Source of the DNA: an uncultured virus (IMG/VR IMGVR_UViG_2937164673_000001)
Lineage: Duplodnaviria; Heunggongvirae; Uroviricota; Caudoviricetes
Strand: one strand, 5' to 3'
Virus record (IMG/VR): IMGVR_UViG_2937164673_000001
DNA length: 64,000 nucleotides
Part shown: positions 60,501 to 64,000 of the stretch, in pieces
Layout of the letters: every line of letters starts with the position of its first letter
How positions within the stretch are numbered: the first letter of the stretch is position 1
Translations under genes and position numbers: made by a program
The notes under the pieces: model-generated
The model's input: the letters and a program-made list of their open reading frames with translations, nothing else
What the model was told of the DNA's origin: nothing
Database searches by the model: none

Positions 60501-62173
60501 ACAATATTCAAGCAATGATGGATTACTGCGAACGAATGAAGAGCCCTCATGTTAATCATCGTTTTGCTGATGTTGCTTGGGAACAGTTATTGAAAGAATT
60601 CAATGAAATTAGGCAAACGCTGGACGGAAGTATGCAGGTTATTTCTGAAGCTAAACAAAAGATTGCGGAGGGTTAAAGGTGCATTTATATAGGGTCGTAA
60701 TTGGAACATATTATCTAGGACTAGTAGCAGCTCATTCAGAAGAAGAGGCTATTAATACCGCTGTCCATAATGTTTTGCCTGGGCTATGTGGTGAAAGACT
60801 CGCTTATGAGCGGGAAGTAGCTTCTGCGGAATTGATTAAAGCGTCCATGTTTGATAAACCAACAATGATTATATAAGTGGAGGGATAGAATGACTGGTAT
60901 GTATTTTGACGAAAATAATAATGAAGTGCGGAACGTTGTTGAGGTGTTTAGAAACAATAATATTCGTTACCCAAGCACCGTAGATGAGCTTGTACTTAGT
61001 TCTGAACAAATAAGGGCTATTGAAATGGTGCTAGACCATTGGTCAGAACGACGCAAGAAAGACAAGGGCAAAGACCCACGAGAAAACATTGAAGTTAATA
61101 CTTTCAGTGGTCTCCCAGTTGTGTATATTGCTGAATACACAACTCATGATGATTATGGTCCATTACGTGAGACTGATGTCTTTTCAGAAGAAATAGATGC
61201 CTGGGCTTTTGTTTTAAAACAGCGTGACGAAGGGGCAACTGATATTTCTGTTAAGCCTCGTTTAGTTTACCTTGATGCAGATAGAACAGTGAATTTTGAT
61301 GATTGAGCATTTATTAATTCCAGTTATTGCAACGTTAGTAATTGAGGTGACGATGTATCTCACTATAAGAATAGTTGATAATGGATCAGAAAATCATGCA
61401 AAGAGTAACGCTGAAAGTGTTGTAATGCTATCAGCGCCTATTATTTTGGGCATTTATGGCATTATGTCTTTCATGCCATTTTAAGTAAAATGCCAGTTTT
61501 ATCAGTTTTTAATGCTCGTCAATCGCTGATATAACTTTGCTGATATAATAAATTTATTTATGAATATGAAAAGTACTAATAATTACAAAAGAAAAGCAAT
61601 TGGTAAGTTTGAATGGTGGGACCATGGGGAACACCCTAGAAAATGGTTGCTAAAGAAACATAAAAAACTTGCCAACCGCTATGAGAGACGGAAACTAAAA
61701 CGGATTAGTCATATATGCTAGAAAGATATTTTCATTCGGGACAAGAGTTTAATAAATGGCTGGATGCTACATATAATCCAGAAGAGTTTAAACGATCGTT
61801 TACAAAATTTTTGCGAAAAATTCACGGAGGACAAATGAAAACAAAAGATATTTATGTAGTAGTTCACGCTAGTGGTTGGTATAGCGATTATGCAGAATAT
61901 GTGGTTGGGGTAACTGATTCATATGAATTAGCGCTAAGTTATGCTGACAAGGAAGCAGAAGCCACTAATAATGATGAGCGTTATTGGTTTGATCATGACA
62001 CAATTCGTATTCGTAGATATCAACTTAATAGGTACAACCGATACTTATCTGAAGCAGAAAAAGTTGTCGAGAATATTGAAATGTATAGAAATGAATTTGA
62101 GTATGATGAAACAATATATGAAGAGTCAGCGACTCAGGATAAATTTGTAAAGGTTAAGAAAGATGCAGCTTAA
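57572..62173 (+). other. Run of hypothetical phage CDS (57572-57889, 58190-58804, 58806-59333, 59333-59674, 59674-59889, 59902-60135, 60152-60676, 60679-60876, 60890-61306, 61296-61484, about 61835-62173)
   Basis: Tightly packed co-oriented ORFs with RBSs. Confidence 0.7.
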
Positions 62174-62611
62174 ACAATTATTTTGTAAACATGATTATAG
62201 GTGGTTAGATGACATCTATTACCCCTACTGGGACGGTAGTAACATGTCAGAAATCTATCAATGTAGTAAATGAGGAAAATATAAACGAATACGAGAGTTA
62301 GATTTAAGTAATTATGGCATTGAGCAATCTATTAAAGCGGGACTAAGGTATGAAGAATGAAGTATTGGTAGTTATCACCGCAGCAATATTTTGTTTGCTG
62401 GTGTTGGTTAATTCAAGAAGGAAATGGTAAATAAATGGGAACACTTATTGTAAAAGGCGTAGCAAGCTTAGCAATTCCAATTATGGTGTCGGTTTATTTT
62501 GTAACGCAAAAAGATGTTAATAGTGCAACCTTGCTGTGTGCGTGTGCATGGGAATGGTGCGTAGTGCATGTGGTTAATTAAATACATATAAAAGATGGAG
62601 GAAATGCATAA

Positions 62612-63079
62612 ATGAAGACAGTATATTTTGGTTCAGGTTGGTTTACAGAAAAGCAAGTTAGGGCATATAACCAAGCAATGAGTGCGGTTTCTAATAATCC
62701 TACGGTAGACTTAAAGAACAGTTATGTTCCCAAGGATCACCAATACCATGGATTGGAAGTGGAAGATCACCCCGAATTACTTCAAGATCTTGAATGGTCG
62801 ACTGGCACTTACCGGGGTGACTTAAGTGGACTTAAGGGTAGCGATGTTACTCTTGCCGTATACATTCCCAGCGAAGAAGATTCTGGTTTAGCGTTTGAAA
62901 TTGGTTACGCCGCAGCCATTCAGAAACCAGTTATTATGGTTATTCCAGATGAAGAGTTTGGTAATCCTATCAATCTAATGCCTTGGGGCGGAGCTGACAA
63001 TGTTATTAAGATGTCTGAGTTGAAGGATTATGACTTTAATATGCCACAATTCGATTTCTATCGTGGAGGCGTTTATTAA
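62612..63079 (+). CDS. Nucleoside 2-deoxyribosyltransferase
   Basis: VYFGSGWFTEKQ, EDSGLAFEIGYA, INLM. Confidence 0.92.
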   Translation: MKTVYFGSGWFTEKQVRAYNQAMSAVSNNPTVDLKNSYVPKDHQYHGLEVEDHPELLQDLEWSTGTYRGDLSGLKGSDVTLAVYIPSEEDSGLAFEIGYAAAIQKPVIMVIPDEEFGNPINLMPWGGADNVIKMSELKDYDFNMPQFDFYRGGVY

Positions 63080-63189
63080 TATGCATGATGTTCATCTAGA
63101 AATATCGGATGGAATTATTCGCTTATATACTGATGATAAACCTGACAAGATTATTGTAGATGGCGAAGTAGTAAGACGGTAGGTGAATT

Positions 63190-63465
63190 ATGGTTATCGT
63201 TTTAGTGCAGCCTACCGCTGAAAGTCCATCGTATCTTAGAGGGGATTATTGGGACGTAACAGAGAAGTATGAAAGTTATGAGACGTATGCTTTTTATACT
63301 CAATTAGATCTTGCTCATTGTAGGTATGACATATTTTCCTCGTTCAAAAAAGCAGAGGAATTCATAAAAACAACAGCGTCAACAAAATTCTATAAAGCAC
63401 GTATGTTACATGAGCTTGACGAGTTAGAGGATCGTGCAAAGACATTCAATTGGGCGGTGGCATAA
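63190..63465 (+). CDS. Hypothetical protein
   Basis: AGGTG RBS. Confidence 0.6.
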   Translation: MVIVLVQPTAESPSYLRGDYWDVTEKYESYETYAFYTQLDLAHCRYDIFSSFKKAEEFIKTTASTKFYKARMLHELDELEDRAKTFNWAVA

Positions 63466-64000
63466 TATGAGCTACACAGCAATTATTTCATTATTAGTAA
63501 TATTGGCGTTTTTAGGCGTATCTACTATTGCATATGGTGGTGTTAGCCTATTGATTATTGTCCCAATTATCATTGCAACAGGATTTTTAGTTAAAGAAGT
63601 TAGTTAGGAGTTTGTTAATTGTTAGCAACTGAATTCAAACAACGATTAGAACAAATGGCTGGAGGATAGGTCGAGGTTAGTATTTGCGATAATAAAGATG
63701 TGCTAATTCGACCGGCAATTAACTTTAATGCGGCTCCACCATTTGTAAAACAGTTATTGTGGGACTATTTAGATACTCCAAGAGAGGAACGGTGATCCTT
63801 ATAAAAGAGACATTTTATTTAATCAAGGTTGGACAGTTATATGTAAGTGGAGTTGATGGTAAGCAACTAACAAGTAGATTTGGTATGAAGACCTCTGATA
63901 TTGAAGTTAATGAAGTATATTTGACACCCAATTTAAACGAAGCATTAATCTTTGAAAAAGATGATCCTTACTATGAAATTTATTGTCACGCAGCTGCAAT

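Overview
A 64-kb AT-rich segment of a large temperate phage-plasmid, with gene content resembling SPbeta/c-st-like phages; the host is inferred to be a Lactobacillaceae member. Left, minus strand: head genes (prohead protease/scaffold, portal, and a large terminase split by a group I intron carrying a LAGLIDADG endonuclease), HU, and a RepA_N initiator. Next come two partition systems (ParA-type and actin-like ParM-type). A gene-poor region at 14.7-21.3 kb holds many small RNA/peptide modules, including a 120-bp-periodic array of four paralogous sRNA genes (one complementary to an adjacent toxin-like mRNA), several type I TA-like loci, a G-poor low-complexity tract, and tandem operator-containing early promoters. 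The long plus-strand arm carries early hypothetical genes, a beta-clamp-like gene, type II TA genes and antitoxin-tail mini-ORFs, two solo TnpB elements, two tyrosine-recombinase-fold genes, replication/recombination genes and deoxynucleoside-salvage genes. It also has a 4-kb RNA island (tRNAs, tmRNA, anticodon-less and permuted tRNA mimics, unknown structured RNAs) followed by an RNA ligase. All product calls come from motif recognition by eye; no database searches were run.
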